Positions 30,268 to 39,126 of a stretch of 64,000 nucleotides of DNA are shown one piece after another (within the stretch, counting starts at the first letter, position 1; each line of letters begins with the position of its first letter). Source of the stretch: Promethearchaeota archaeon (GTDB lineage Archaea > Asgardarchaeota > Lokiarchaeia > Sigyniarchaeales > SOKP01); the NCBI GenBank assembly GCA_016840165.1, contig JAEOSU010000076.1:64001-128000 (forward strand), written 5' to 3'. The notes below the pieces were generated by a model. It ran no database searches and had not been told where the DNA came from. It worked only from the letters and a program-made list of their open reading frames with translations. A program made the position numbers and the translations under genes.

Positions 30268-30326
30268 TATTTTAGCAAAAACTCGATTTCCTTTAAAATT
30301 TAATTATTAAAATATTATCAGCAAAT

Positions 30327-31385
30327 TCATTGCTGATTTAGTTTAATTTCACGCCATTTTTCTGCATTCTCAATGTCATTTAATTTTTCATAGCAAGTAA
30401 TGAGATCTTCAATGACATCATGCTCAACAGGATTAAGAGAGAATAATCTTTCGTAATACTGAACAGCAGTAGCAAAATTTTCTTGTTGGTAATGAATTTT
30501 AGCGACTTTTTTCAAGGCATTTTCGAATTCGGGAAATATTTCAAGAGCTATATTGTAATACTTCAGGGCCTGAGAATAATCTTGTAGTAGTTCGTAAGAA
30601 AATCCAAGATTTTCATAAAGAACTGGATCATCATCCTTCAGAGTAAGTGCCTTATTAAATGCTTCAATCGCCTTTATGTAATTCTCCTTAAATAAGTAGC
30701 ATAATCCTATATAATTCCAGGCTCTTAGAAGGTAAGGATCCAATTCTAAAGCTTTTGAAAAAGAATTGATGGCTATATCATATTCTCTTATTTCATAGGC
30801 AATTTCTCCAAAATCAAACCATAAAGCTGCATGATCTGGAGCTAAATTTAGTGCTTTTTTATTATAAAATATGGCTTTTGTGAAATCCTTTAAATCAAAA
30901 TATATAGAAGATAAATTATTGTATAATATTGGGTCGTCTGGATTGATTCTGATAGCTTTTTCATAGCTTCTTATTGCTTCATCATGTTGGTTAAGGTCTT
31001 TATAAAGAAGTGCCATATTATTTAGTGCATCTATATAACTTGGATCATATTCCAAAGATTTCTTATAATATTCTAATGCATCATCATAGTCTTCTTTTTC
31101 TTCATAGGCACATGCAATATTATAATAAACTATTGCGTCCTCAGGATCTAATTTAAGTGCACGAAAATATGACTCAACTGCATTTTCTAACTCACCTTTC
31201 ATTGAATAAGACAGCCCTAAATTGTTCCATACTTCTGAATAATAAGGATTAATGTCAAGAGCTTTTTTATAGCTAATTATTGCATTGTCAAAATCATCCT
31301 CATCATAATATGCATCTCCCAGATTAATCCAAGTGTCTAAATCATTAGGATCGTGCTTTAATGATTCTTTAAATCGTTCGATCAT
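30327..31385 (-). CDS. TPR-repeat protein (about 10 repeats)
   Basis: 34-aa WxNLG..Y...A...Y.KAL..DP repeats. Confidence 0.93.
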   Translation of the reverse strand: MIERFKESLKHDPNDLDTWINLGDAYYDEDDFDNAIISYKKALDINPYYSEVWNNLGLSYSMKGELENAVESYFRALKLDPEDAIVYYNIACAYEEKEDYDDALEYYKKSLEYDPSYIDALNNMALLYKDLNQHDEAIRSYEKAIRINPDDPILYNNLSSIYFDLKDFTKAIFYNKKALNLAPDHAALWFDFGEIAYEIREYDIAINSFSKALELDPYLLRAWNYIGLCYLFKENYIKAIEAFNKALTLKDDDPVLYENLGFSYELLQDYSQALKYYNIALEIFPEFENALKKVAKIHYQQENFATAVQYYERLFSLNPVEHDVIEDLITCYEKLNDIENAEKWREIKLNQQ

Positions 31386-31450
31386 AATTTCTTAATTTTT
31401 AAAATGCTAAATATCTAAAATCTTTTTGGAAAATATTTAATAACCGATTT

Positions 31451-32491
31451 CTAAGTTAAAATAATCATTTTATCAGTAACTTGATTCTCCAATAATATTC
31501 GAAAATATTCTTGCTCATCTTTGTATTTGACTTTTTCTAATTTACCTTTTATGAGAACAATTTCATCTTTTACCGCTTGTTCACAAAATCTCCCACGGAA
31601 GGAACACACTTCATTGATTCTGTCCAGAGAAATTTGCTGTTTATTGGTTAGGGAAGATATTATCTTTAATGGCTCTATTCTATAGCTACACGGTGTAAAA
31701 ATTGAATCTGTTGAATCTGTAATTTGTGCTTTAATATGAATCCTTCCCAAATTCTTAAAATTATAATCATAATAATTACCCTTCCAATCTTTTGGGCTTT
31801 TAATATATCGTATAAAAAAATCTATTTCCTTAAATTTCCCTTGATGCTGTTTTCTCATTTCAGTTTGTAAAAATGTTGTAAAAGGAATATCAGAGCCTCC
31901 CACACGCCAAATATAGTGATTTTTGTACTCTTCCATCTTATACTTACGACATCCATTTGGTATATTAAAGATCTGCTTTAGAGATTTTTGAAAATTTAGA
32001 CTATTTTTTGTTCCATAAATTACTAAATCAATATCAGAATCATTTTTGCTTAATCCAATCATTTGGGAGCCAGTTATGCCAATAGAGTCTTTTGAAATAC
32101 CCCCCTCATCAATAAATAGTTCACATAAATCTTTTGAGATTTTTTCGATTTGAGAGAGCTTTTTATCATTATCTAATGACTGAAAATAGGTTCTAGGAGT
32201 ATAAATCCGCTCAATATCTTCATTCTTTACACCTTGTAATTCCATATCACGTTCTTTGGAGAAGAAAAGATATTGTGGATAGGTCGTTTTCAATAAAGAA
32301 TATCTTTTTTCTAAATCATAAATCTTATTGTAAGCTATACCATTCTTTACTCTATCTCCATTATTATCTGGAAAAAATCTAATAAAACATATTTTTCTAT
32401 CATTTGGATGACGTAATCCTTTAACGTCAAAAAATAGATGGGTCTTTTTAGTTTCTACATAATCGCCCTCGATCCCTACAGGAATTATCAT
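31451..32491 (-). CDS. Archaeal Pol-beta-superfamily nucleotidyltransferase with C-terminal OB-like domain
   Basis: GITGS.MIGL....SDIDLVIYG. Confidence 0.8.
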   Translation of the reverse strand: MIIPVGIEGDYVETKKTHLFFDVKGLRHPNDRKICFIRFFPDNNGDRVKNGIAYNKIYDLEKRYSLLKTTYPQYLFFSKERDMELQGVKNEDIERIYTPRTYFQSLDNDKKLSQIEKISKDLCELFIDEGGISKDSIGITGSQMIGLSKNDSDIDLVIYGTKNSLNFQKSLKQIFNIPNGCRKYKMEEYKNHYIWRVGGSDIPFTTFLQTEMRKQHQGKFKEIDFFIRYIKSPKDWKGNYYDYNFKNLGRIHIKAQITDSTDSIFTPCSYRIEPLKIISSLTNKQQISLDRINEVCSFRGRFCEQAVKDEIVLIKGKLEKVKYKDEQEYFRILLENQVTDKMIILT

Positions 32492-32508
32492 GGAAAATCT
32501 GACCGAGA

Positions 32509-33612
32509 TTAATATTTTGAAGGTTTTTTTGATTTTATTTTATATTTTGGTATTTCTTCGATTTTTCGTAATTGATTCTCAAAATCGCGTTTTTCTCTTA
32601 AAAATCGTTCTTTATCTCTTTCTAATTTACCTCTCTCTTTTTTAATTGTATTTTTTTCACTTTCAATGGTAATTTTTTCCTTTTCAATTTTAGCATAGTG
32701 ATTCTTTAAATTTTTTAGTTTTCTTTCTAAATCTTGAATATTTTGCTCTAATGAACGATATGTTCTTTCAGCTTTCGGAACTTTCTTATTTAATTCTTTC
32801 AGTTTTGCTTCTTCCTCTTTTCTAGATTTTTCTAGATTTCTTACCTCTCTATTAACATTATCTCTGAACTCTTCTAAATTAATCTTTTTCTTTTCAATAT
32901 CACGAGCTTTTAGGTTAATGTCTTTTTTCTTATACTTAATTTTATCTTTATATTCTTTTAGACGTCTCTTCTCATCTTCAATACGATTCCGTTCATCTGT
33001 GAGTTCTCGTTTCATATCATTAATATCATTATTAAGCATATCCTTCTCACTCTTTAATTGTTTGATCTCTTTTCTTAAGTCCATTAACTTGTCTTCGTGT
33101 TTTTCAATAGTACTCTCTAAAGCATTTTCCCTTCGTTCCATACCCGGTATTTTTGATTTAATCTCTTTAATCCGATCTTCTGTTTTAGCCTTTTCCTTCT
33201 GTAAATTGATTTTTTCATTATCTAAGTCATCTTTAATAGCATTTAACTTATCTTGATAACGTTTTAAATCATTACTTTTTTTATCTAATTCCTTTTCTTT
33301 AATTTGGAGTGTATTTTTATGTTGTTTTATATCATTTCTCATTGTTTCTATTTCATTTTTTAAATTATCGCGTTCCTTTAAGAGATTTCGAACTTCTAAT
33401 TCCTTTTGTTTTCTTTTCTTCTCAAGATCATCAATATCATCGCTATAATCTTCAATCTTCTTTAAAACTTTTTCCCATTCAATTTTTTCTTTAACTAATT
33501 TAGCTTGCTCATCTTTTATTTTTTTGAGTAATTTTTGATTTGTAATATTATCTATTTCATTTTGGGGTGTTTTTTCTCGAATTTGATATTTAGGAATAGG
33601 TTTATCGTTCAT
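32509..33612 (-). CDS. Long coiled-coil protein
   Basis: About 320 aa of K/E-rich heptads; no TM segment or ATPase motif. Confidence 0.8.
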   Translation of the reverse strand: MNDKPIPKYQIREKTPQNEIDNITNQKLLKKIKDEQAKLVKEKIEWEKVLKKIEDYSDDIDDLEKKRKQKELEVRNLLKERDNLKNEIETMRNDIKQHKNTLQIKEKELDKKSNDLKRYQDKLNAIKDDLDNEKINLQKEKAKTEDRIKEIKSKIPGMERRENALESTIEKHEDKLMDLRKEIKQLKSEKDMLNNDINDMKRELTDERNRIEDEKRRLKEYKDKIKYKKKDINLKARDIEKKKINLEEFRDNVNREVRNLEKSRKEEEAKLKELNKKVPKAERTYRSLEQNIQDLERKLKNLKNHYAKIEKEKITIESEKNTIKKERGKLERDKERFLREKRDFENQLRKIEEIPKYKIKSKKPSKY

Positions 33613-33785
33613 TATAATTGCAACACTAATCTTACATCTTTAGTAAATAATAGTGATATTTATTCTAAAGTGTTTGTGATTTGATTTTATGATTTTTTCA
33701 AATGATTAGAGCTTATTTATATAATTTAGATACTATTATTTTCATAGTAAATTTATTATTAAACAAAGTGTATGGTGTTTAACTT

Positions 33786-34196
33786 ATGAATTTTGAAGAT
33801 GAGGAGGAAGAATTCGATGAAGAATTCGATGAAGAATTTGATGAAGATCTGGACGAAGATTTGGATGAAGAGAGAGATTTTGAATTAAAAAAACCAACTC
33901 CAGAAGTTCTTGCAACTAAAACTCCAAAAGGTACCATTAGCTCGGAAGCAAAAAAGATTTCCGTATATCTAATGTCAACAATAGGGCCGGGGGAAAAGAA
34001 ACAAAAATTATTAATATATACTGGATATCAGATTAAGGATATCAAGGAAACAGTGGCTAATATATTTGGTTTAGACCCCTCTGATTTTCATTTATCTACA
34101 GGAGGAGTCACAATGGAGGAGGGATTAACGCTAAATGATTATAATGTTAATGATGGAGATGATATTTTGTTAATTCCGGCTAGCACTGCTGGCTAA
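33786..34196 (+). CDS. Ubiquitin-like protein 1 (acidic N-tail, mature C-terminus -PASTAG)
   Basis: Beta-grasp pattern IKDIKETVA..FHLSTGG..LNDYNVNDGDDILLIP ending Ala-Gly-stop; lies in the E1/E2/JAMM/RING locus. Confidence 0.85.
   Translation: MNFEDEEEEFDEEFDEEFDEDLDEDLDEERDFELKKPTPEVLATKTPKGTISSEAKKISVYLMSTIGPGEKKQKLLIYTGYQIKDIKETVANIFGLDPSDFHLSTGGVTMEEGLTLNDYNVNDGDDILLIPASTAG
33807..33866 (+). repeat. 12-bp tandem repeat x5 encoding (EEFD)3(EDLD)2
   Basis: gaagaattcgat gaagaattcgat gaagaatttgat gaagatctggac gaagatttggat. Confidence 0.85.
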
Positions 34197-34241
34197 ATTG
34201 TCAAAATATTTAATATTTAAAATCAATAAGATATTTTTAAT

Positions 34242-35024
34242 CTATTTTTTATTTCTTGGAATTAAAGCAATTTCATCATCATCATCAATATTATACTCCC
34301 TTATAAGGGAATTTTCATGTAATAATATTCCGCCAGAGGAGAGTAAAAAATCATCGAGATTATATCCAAAAAATACTGCTATTCTTTCTTTAAGATCTCT
34401 AATGAAATCTGATGATTCGATTATTAAAATTTTAGTTTTCTCTCCTGGTTCAACTAAGGACCTAACATAAACTCGTATTCTGTCTTGCATCCCTATTTTA
34501 TTTTTTGGGGGATAATAAATAATCTTTTTATTATTCTTAGCTTCCAACATAGATTCAATTAGGACTTTCCTCTCTTCAGCATCATAATATAATAATTCTC
34601 TGAGGAAAAATATCTTATCCATTTTAGATAGATCTAATATTTCTATCTTCTCTAATTCTTCTGGAATAAATAATGAAAAAATAAACTCATGAAGTTTTGG
34701 TATTTCTTCATATGAATCATCTGAATCAGCATAATCATCAATTAGAGGCATTGCTTCGAAATAATCATTTAAAAAAGCACTAGAAATTCCTTTATGTGGT
34801 TTTCTATTCAAAGGAATCTTCTTCTTTAAAATTAAATTATCGGGTTCTTTTTTAGATTCTATGATTGTATAGAGAGTAACACTAGGTAAAACAGCAACAC
34901 TACTTATAATTAGGATTGAATTTAGAAGGATATGATCTATATTAAAGAAAATAAAGAGAAGATAGATTAAAATAAAGAATATATAGAGAATGATTGTACC
35001 AAATAATAGATGCTTTAGTTTCAT
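34242..35024 (-). CDS. Two-TM membrane protein with C-terminal Ubl domain lacking a terminal Gly
   Basis: C-terminal PGEK..IRDLKE..FLLSSGG..EYNIDDDDEIALIPRNKK aligns with Ubl1 and Ubl2. Confidence 0.8.
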   Translation of the reverse strand: MKLKHLLFGTIILYIFFILIYLLFIFFNIDHILLNSILIISSVAVLPSVTLYTIIESKKEPDNLILKKKIPLNRKPHKGISSAFLNDYFEAMPLIDDYADSDDSYEEIPKLHEFIFSLFIPEELEKIEILDLSKMDKIFFLRELLYYDAEERKVLIESMLEAKNNKKIIYYPPKNKIGMQDRIRVYVRSLVEPGEKTKILIIESSDFIRDLKERIAVFFGYNLDDFLLSSGGILLHENSLIREYNIDDDDEIALIPRNKK

Positions 35025-35109
35025 GATTTTATTTTTAATACCTACTTCTAAATTTTAAATATAAATCTCTTAATATAAATTCCATTGGAATAAATTTGCA
35101 ATTTCTCTT

Positions 35110-35785
35110 TTATTCCTCATTGATTAATTTTCTAACCTCAAAATATTTGTCTTCATTTAAGCAAAATAATACTATTCTATTTTGTCTTCTAATGGTTATC
35201 AGTTGTAATTTTTGTAAAATCTTAAAATACTTTTTTATAGAATTATAATTTCTTTTTAGCCCATTTGCAATTTCGGTGATTTTAAATTCTTTTAAAGAAT
35301 TTTTCTGTATGAAACTTATTATTTCTTTGACGATACTTTGTTTTAAATAGAAATGTAATTCATCAAACTCAGGATTTAAATCAAATTTGAAAAATACTCG
35401 TTGATTTTCAAATTTTTTAGATCTTACAAATTGAAATTTCTCTAAACAAGATAAATGCCATAATACTTGATTACTTCCAATGTTTATTGCTTTCATAATC
35501 TCATTAATATTTGATGGTGTTTGTTTAATTAAATTAAAGATTTCATTTCTTACTGGATGTTCTATGATGTTATTCTTCATCAATTTAGTCCCAGGAATAA
35601 GGATTTTTTTTTTTAATAAGCTTCTTTATGATTTTTTCGATGCTATTTTTATTTATATTTGGGTTTAACTTTACCCTATTACTAATGAATAAGACGATAT
35701 CTTCAATTGAAAAGAATGGTTTCTTTTTTAGATATTCTTTAATTAAGTCAAAAACAATATCTTCGGCATAATTGGGGGATTTCAT
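35110..35785 (-). pseudogene. Winged-helix (ArsR-like, double wHTH) regulator split by a frameshift in an A11 tract
   Basis: ORFs 35585-35785 and 35110-35583 fuse in frame if one A is removed from 35604-35614 (..IKKKILIPGTKLMKNNIIEHPVR..); HTH NEIMKAINIGSNQVLWHLSCLEK. Confidence 0.7.
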
Positions 35786-36042
35786 TAGTGTATACTTCTA
35801 ATATGTTAGATGAAATGAATTTATTAATGATTTCTTTTATCTAAAATGTTATCTTTCAGTTCATATTAATTACTAACCATTTATTCAATTTATAAGTATA
35901 TTTTCTTAGATTAATAATGGTATTTATGTCTTTATTCAAGAATTTTCAAAATCATTCCAATTGGTTTTATAATATCATTTTAGCATGTTCTTAGTAAGTT
36001 TAAAAATAAACTTTCAAAAAATAAAAAAAAGAAGTGAAAAAA

Positions 36043-36378
36043 ATGAGTTTTGATAATGATTTTGATGAGGAATTGGAACCATTAAAGTCTAAAACGCCTA
36101 CAAGTAAAACACCTTCAGCAGGAAAGAAACTGACTCTATATTTTATGTCAACTATCGGTCCTGGTGAAAAGAAAGAAAAGTTAACCGTAAATGATGCTAA
36201 TCAAGTCAGTGATATTAAAGAAACCTTAGGAAATTTATACGGTCTTGACCCTGATGAATTTCATTTATCATCTGGTGGAGTTACAATGGATGAAAGTAAT
36301 CAATTAAAAGATTATAACGTAAATGATGGAGACGACATTCTTTTAATTCCTGCGAGTACGGCGGGTAGACTTATATAA
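36043..36378 (+). CDS. Ubiquitin-like protein 2 (pro-form, -PASTAG|RLI)
   Basis: Close paralog of Ubl1 (MSTIGPGEKK, DYNVNDGDDILLIPASTAG) with a 3-aa extension; directly upstream of E1. ATG 36043 (GTG 36034 in the track). Confidence 0.87.
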   Translation: MSFDNDFDEELEPLKSKTPTSKTPSAGKKLTLYFMSTIGPGEKKEKLTVNDANQVSDIKETLGNLYGLDPDEFHLSSGGVTMDESNQLKDYNVNDGDDILLIPASTAGRLI

Positions 36379-36400
36379 TTTTCTATATAATTTATAATAA

Positions 36401-36432
36401 GAAGGCTTTAGTCCTTCATTTATTTTTTTTTT
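36401..36432 (+). terminator. Short hairpin plus T10 tract between Ubl2 and E1
   Basis: GAAGG-ctttagt-CCTTC followed by T10 at 36423-36432. Confidence 0.4.
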
Positions 36433-36445
36433 ATTAATAATTAAG

Positions 36446-37678
36446 GTGATAGGATTGGAGAAAAATTCAGATTTTTTTGGTAAAGAACTGTCAGTGGAGG
36501 AACGAGACTTATATGACCGCCAATTTCGCCTTGAAGGTTGGTCACAAAAGGTAGTAAAAAATTCGAGAGTCCTAATAGCAGGTGTAGGAGGTTTAGGTTG
36601 TGAAACTGCTAAAAATTTAGCTATGTTAGGTGTGGGTCATATCGATCTTGTTGATTTAGATATAATTGAACATTCTAATTTAAACCGACAAATACTTTTT
36701 ACTGGTGCTCAAATAGGAGAATCCAAAGCGATTGTAGCTGCTAGAAAATTGAGGGAAGTAAATCCAAATATAACTATAAAAGGGTATTCTACCTCTTTAG
36801 AACGATTAAATCCTGAAATTTATCAAGCCGTTGATATTGTGGTTGGTGGTCTTGATTCGATGATTGCTCGTTTAAACTTAAATGCGCAGTGTATAAGATT
36901 TAGAAAACCTTTAGTTGATGGGGGCGTATCTGGTTATCATGGGCATATCTATACCGTGTTTCCTTATAAAAATGCCTGCTATGAGTGTAACCCATTACCT
37001 ATTGGCGAAAGTGATGAAATGGCAGCTTGTACTGTAGTTGGAATTCCCCGGAAAAGAATTCACTGTGTTTTTAAAGGGGATATGGCTTTTAGAGAAAAAT
37101 TTGATAGAGATCCAAATCCAAAAGATATGAATGATATAAAATATATTCAAAAAGCGGCAAATGAATTAGTAAATAAACATAATTTCTTACCCGAATACAC
37201 TGAAGATGATATTGTAAAAATTATTGATAGACATGATCCAGGATTAATTACAGTTAATGCCGTTATTTCTGCTTTACAGTCTCATGAGACTATAAAGATT
37301 ATTCATTGGAAAAAAGGGCATAAAGGATTAGGAGCGCCCATACAGGATTATGTTATCTTTAATGGTATTACCATGAAATTATATCATATTGAAAAAAAAA
37401 GAAACCCAGAATGTTCTCAATGTGGAAGAAATGCTCGACGTGTTATTATAAAAATGAAAGCACAGTCACCTTGCATGAATATTATAAAAATTTTAAATCA
37501 TCATGGGTATAACTTAGAGGAAAATTTTGAACCCATTATTACACTATTGGATTTCAATGATATACAAGTTATTGATTTAGAAAAGAATGCTAGAGAAAAT
37601 GATTTACGTAATTTAGAATTTTTAATTGTAGCTGGGTTTGTTGGTGGAGAAATTTATGTAACACTAAAATTAAAATGA
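36446..37678 (+). CDS. Ubiquitin-like activating enzyme E1 (UBA2/UBA3-like)
   Basis: YDRQ, GVGGLG, DLDIIEHSNLNRQ, Zn sites CYEC and CSQC, catalytic-Cys motif ACTVVGIPRKRIHC, C-terminal UFD-sized domain. Confidence 0.92.
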   Translation: MIGLEKNSDFFGKELSVEERDLYDRQFRLEGWSQKVVKNSRVLIAGVGGLGCETAKNLAMLGVGHIDLVDLDIIEHSNLNRQILFTGAQIGESKAIVAARKLREVNPNITIKGYSTSLERLNPEIYQAVDIVVGGLDSMIARLNLNAQCIRFRKPLVDGGVSGYHGHIYTVFPYKNACYECNPLPIGESDEMAACTVVGIPRKRIHCVFKGDMAFREKFDRDPNPKDMNDIKYIQKAANELVNKHNFLPEYTEDDIVKIIDRHDPGLITVNAVISALQSHETIKIIHWKKGHKGLGAPIQDYVIFNGITMKLYHIEKKRNPECSQCGRNARRVIIKMKAQSPCMNIIKILNHHGYNLEENFEPIITLLDFNDIQVIDLEKNARENDLRNLEFLIVAGFVGGEIYVTLKLK

Positions 37679-37764
37679 ATTTATGATCAAAATAAATATT
37701 TATAATAATTGTCTTATCAAAAACTATAAGAATTGAAAATTAAAAAAAAAGGGGTTGAAAAAAA

Positions 37765-38292
37765 TTGAGTTTAAGAAGTAGTCGTATTTCTCGAGATTTT
37801 GCGGGTTTAAAAAAGATGCTTAAGAATGGAACCATGGTTCAATTAAAACCATTTAATCCAAAAAAAAAAAGTATTGATCATTTAGCTATTACTATCAGAG
37901 GTCCCAAAGGAACAGCTTATGCAGGGGGTCTTTTTAAATTAGAAATGAAATTCCCTGCTCAATATCCTAAGCAGCCTCCATTTGTGAGACTCCATACACC
38001 AATTTGGCATCCAAATTTTTGGCCTAAACCAAGTGAATATAAAGGACAAAGAAATATCTGTTTAGCATTAGTTGATCCTTCTTTAGTTGGTAAAAAAGGA
38101 GGTTGGAGTCCTTCGAAAACAGCAGTCACTATAGTGCAAGCAATAATTGCTATGTTAAATACACGCGGAAAATATGTTAATCCAACAGATGTATTTAATA
38201 AAAAAGCAGCAATCGAAATGATAAAGGATCAAAAATTCTTCGAGAAAAAAGTTAAAAACCTAGTAAAGAAGTATGCAAAAGAAAAGTGGTGA
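37765..38292 (+). CDS. Ubiquitin-conjugating enzyme E2 (UBC fold)
   Basis: GPKGTAYAGGLFKL..FPAQYP.QPP, TPIWHPN, NICL, WSPS. Confidence 0.94.
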   Translation: MSLRSSRISRDFAGLKKMLKNGTMVQLKPFNPKKKSIDHLAITIRGPKGTAYAGGLFKLEMKFPAQYPKQPPFVRLHTPIWHPNFWPKPSEYKGQRNICLALVDPSLVGKKGGWSPSKTAVTIVQAIIAMLNTRGKYVNPTDVFNKKAAIEMIKDQKFFEKKVKNLVKKYAKEKW

Positions 38293-38299
38293 AAATAAT

Positions 38300-39106
38300 A
38301 TGAAAAATGATGAAATTCCTGATGATCCAATTAGAGAAGCCATTAAACAAAAAATAAAAAACAAAATCAAAAAAGAATTACTTAAAGAAATATATTCGGA
38401 ATTACAATTAGAAGAAGAAATTACAAACGAGATAACCACTGAAATAATTAGTGATCCTTTATTAGAGCATTCCGAGATCAATAAAGCTAATCTTGAACCG
38501 ATTCCTTCAGAGATCGTAGAAACTTCTGCTAGTAATGGTAAATTTAAAGCACCTATAGCTATAAATGTAAAATCCATTCTAAAAATTGCCAGTCACGCAT
38601 TAAAATATGCTCATTCAAAAATCCCAAGAGAAGAATGGGTTGAGGTTATTGGCTTACTTGCTGGAACATTTGATAAAATTCATAACGTTTTATATATTGA
38701 AGATGTTTATCCAATGGGACATGGTAATGCTGTGTATGCGGAAATTAAAGATTATAAAAATTATGTAAGAGCTTTTAAAGATATCAAAAAAAGTAGATTG
38801 TTTATATGTGGCTGGTATCACTCTCATCCATCCTATGGATGCTTTATGTCTAGAGAAGATTTAGGTACCCAATCGCGGTATCAAACATTATGGGATAAAG
38901 CAATAGCACTTGTAATTGATCCTTATCAGATAAATGGAAAATCATTGGGTTTTGAAATTTATCGTGCGAATTTTAAAAAACGAGAGTGGTTTTCTGTACC
39001 TTTTGAGATTAATGGAAATTTAGATGTGGGAATGTTACCTGAAATTTTGGATTTTATGAACCCAATTATAGAGGGGAAGGCTGCTTATTTAGAATATGAT
39101 GAATAA
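38300..39106 (+). CDS. JAMM/MPN+ isopeptidase (Rpn11/CSN5-like)
   Basis: EVIGLL, GWYHSHPSYGCFMSREDL, ALVIDP. ATG 38300 preferred over 38273, which overlaps E2. Confidence 0.93.
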   Translation: MKNDEIPDDPIREAIKQKIKNKIKKELLKEIYSELQLEEEITNEITTEIISDPLLEHSEINKANLEPIPSEIVETSASNGKFKAPIAINVKSILKIASHALKYAHSKIPREEWVEVIGLLAGTFDKIHNVLYIEDVYPMGHGNAVYAEIKDYKNYVRAFKDIKKSRLFICGWYHSHPSYGCFMSREDLGTQSRYQTLWDKAIALVIDPYQINGKSLGFEIYRANFKKREWFSVPFEINGNLDVGMLPEILDFMNPIIEGKAAYLEYDE

Positions 39107-39126
39107 AATCAAAGGTTGATTAATCT

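Noticed and set aside
32509-33612. SMC/Rad50 annotation for the coiled-coil protein
   Set aside because: No Walker A/B motifs, hinge or zinc hook.
33807-33866. Tandem repeat as a CRISPR array or ncRNA
   Set aside because: 12-bp units with no spacers, in frame within a CDS.
33786-37678. Ubl/E1 as a SAMP/ThiS/MoaD sulfur-carrier system
   Set aside because: E2, RING and a eukaryote-type E1 catalytic-Cys domain are present, and no rhodanese, thiamine or Moco genes are linked.
36043-38292. Assignment as a UFM1 system because of the single terminal Gly
   Set aside because: The Ubl lacks UFM1-like sequence, the E2 has a canonical HPN rather than the UFC1 TAK motif, and the E1 is not UBA5-like.
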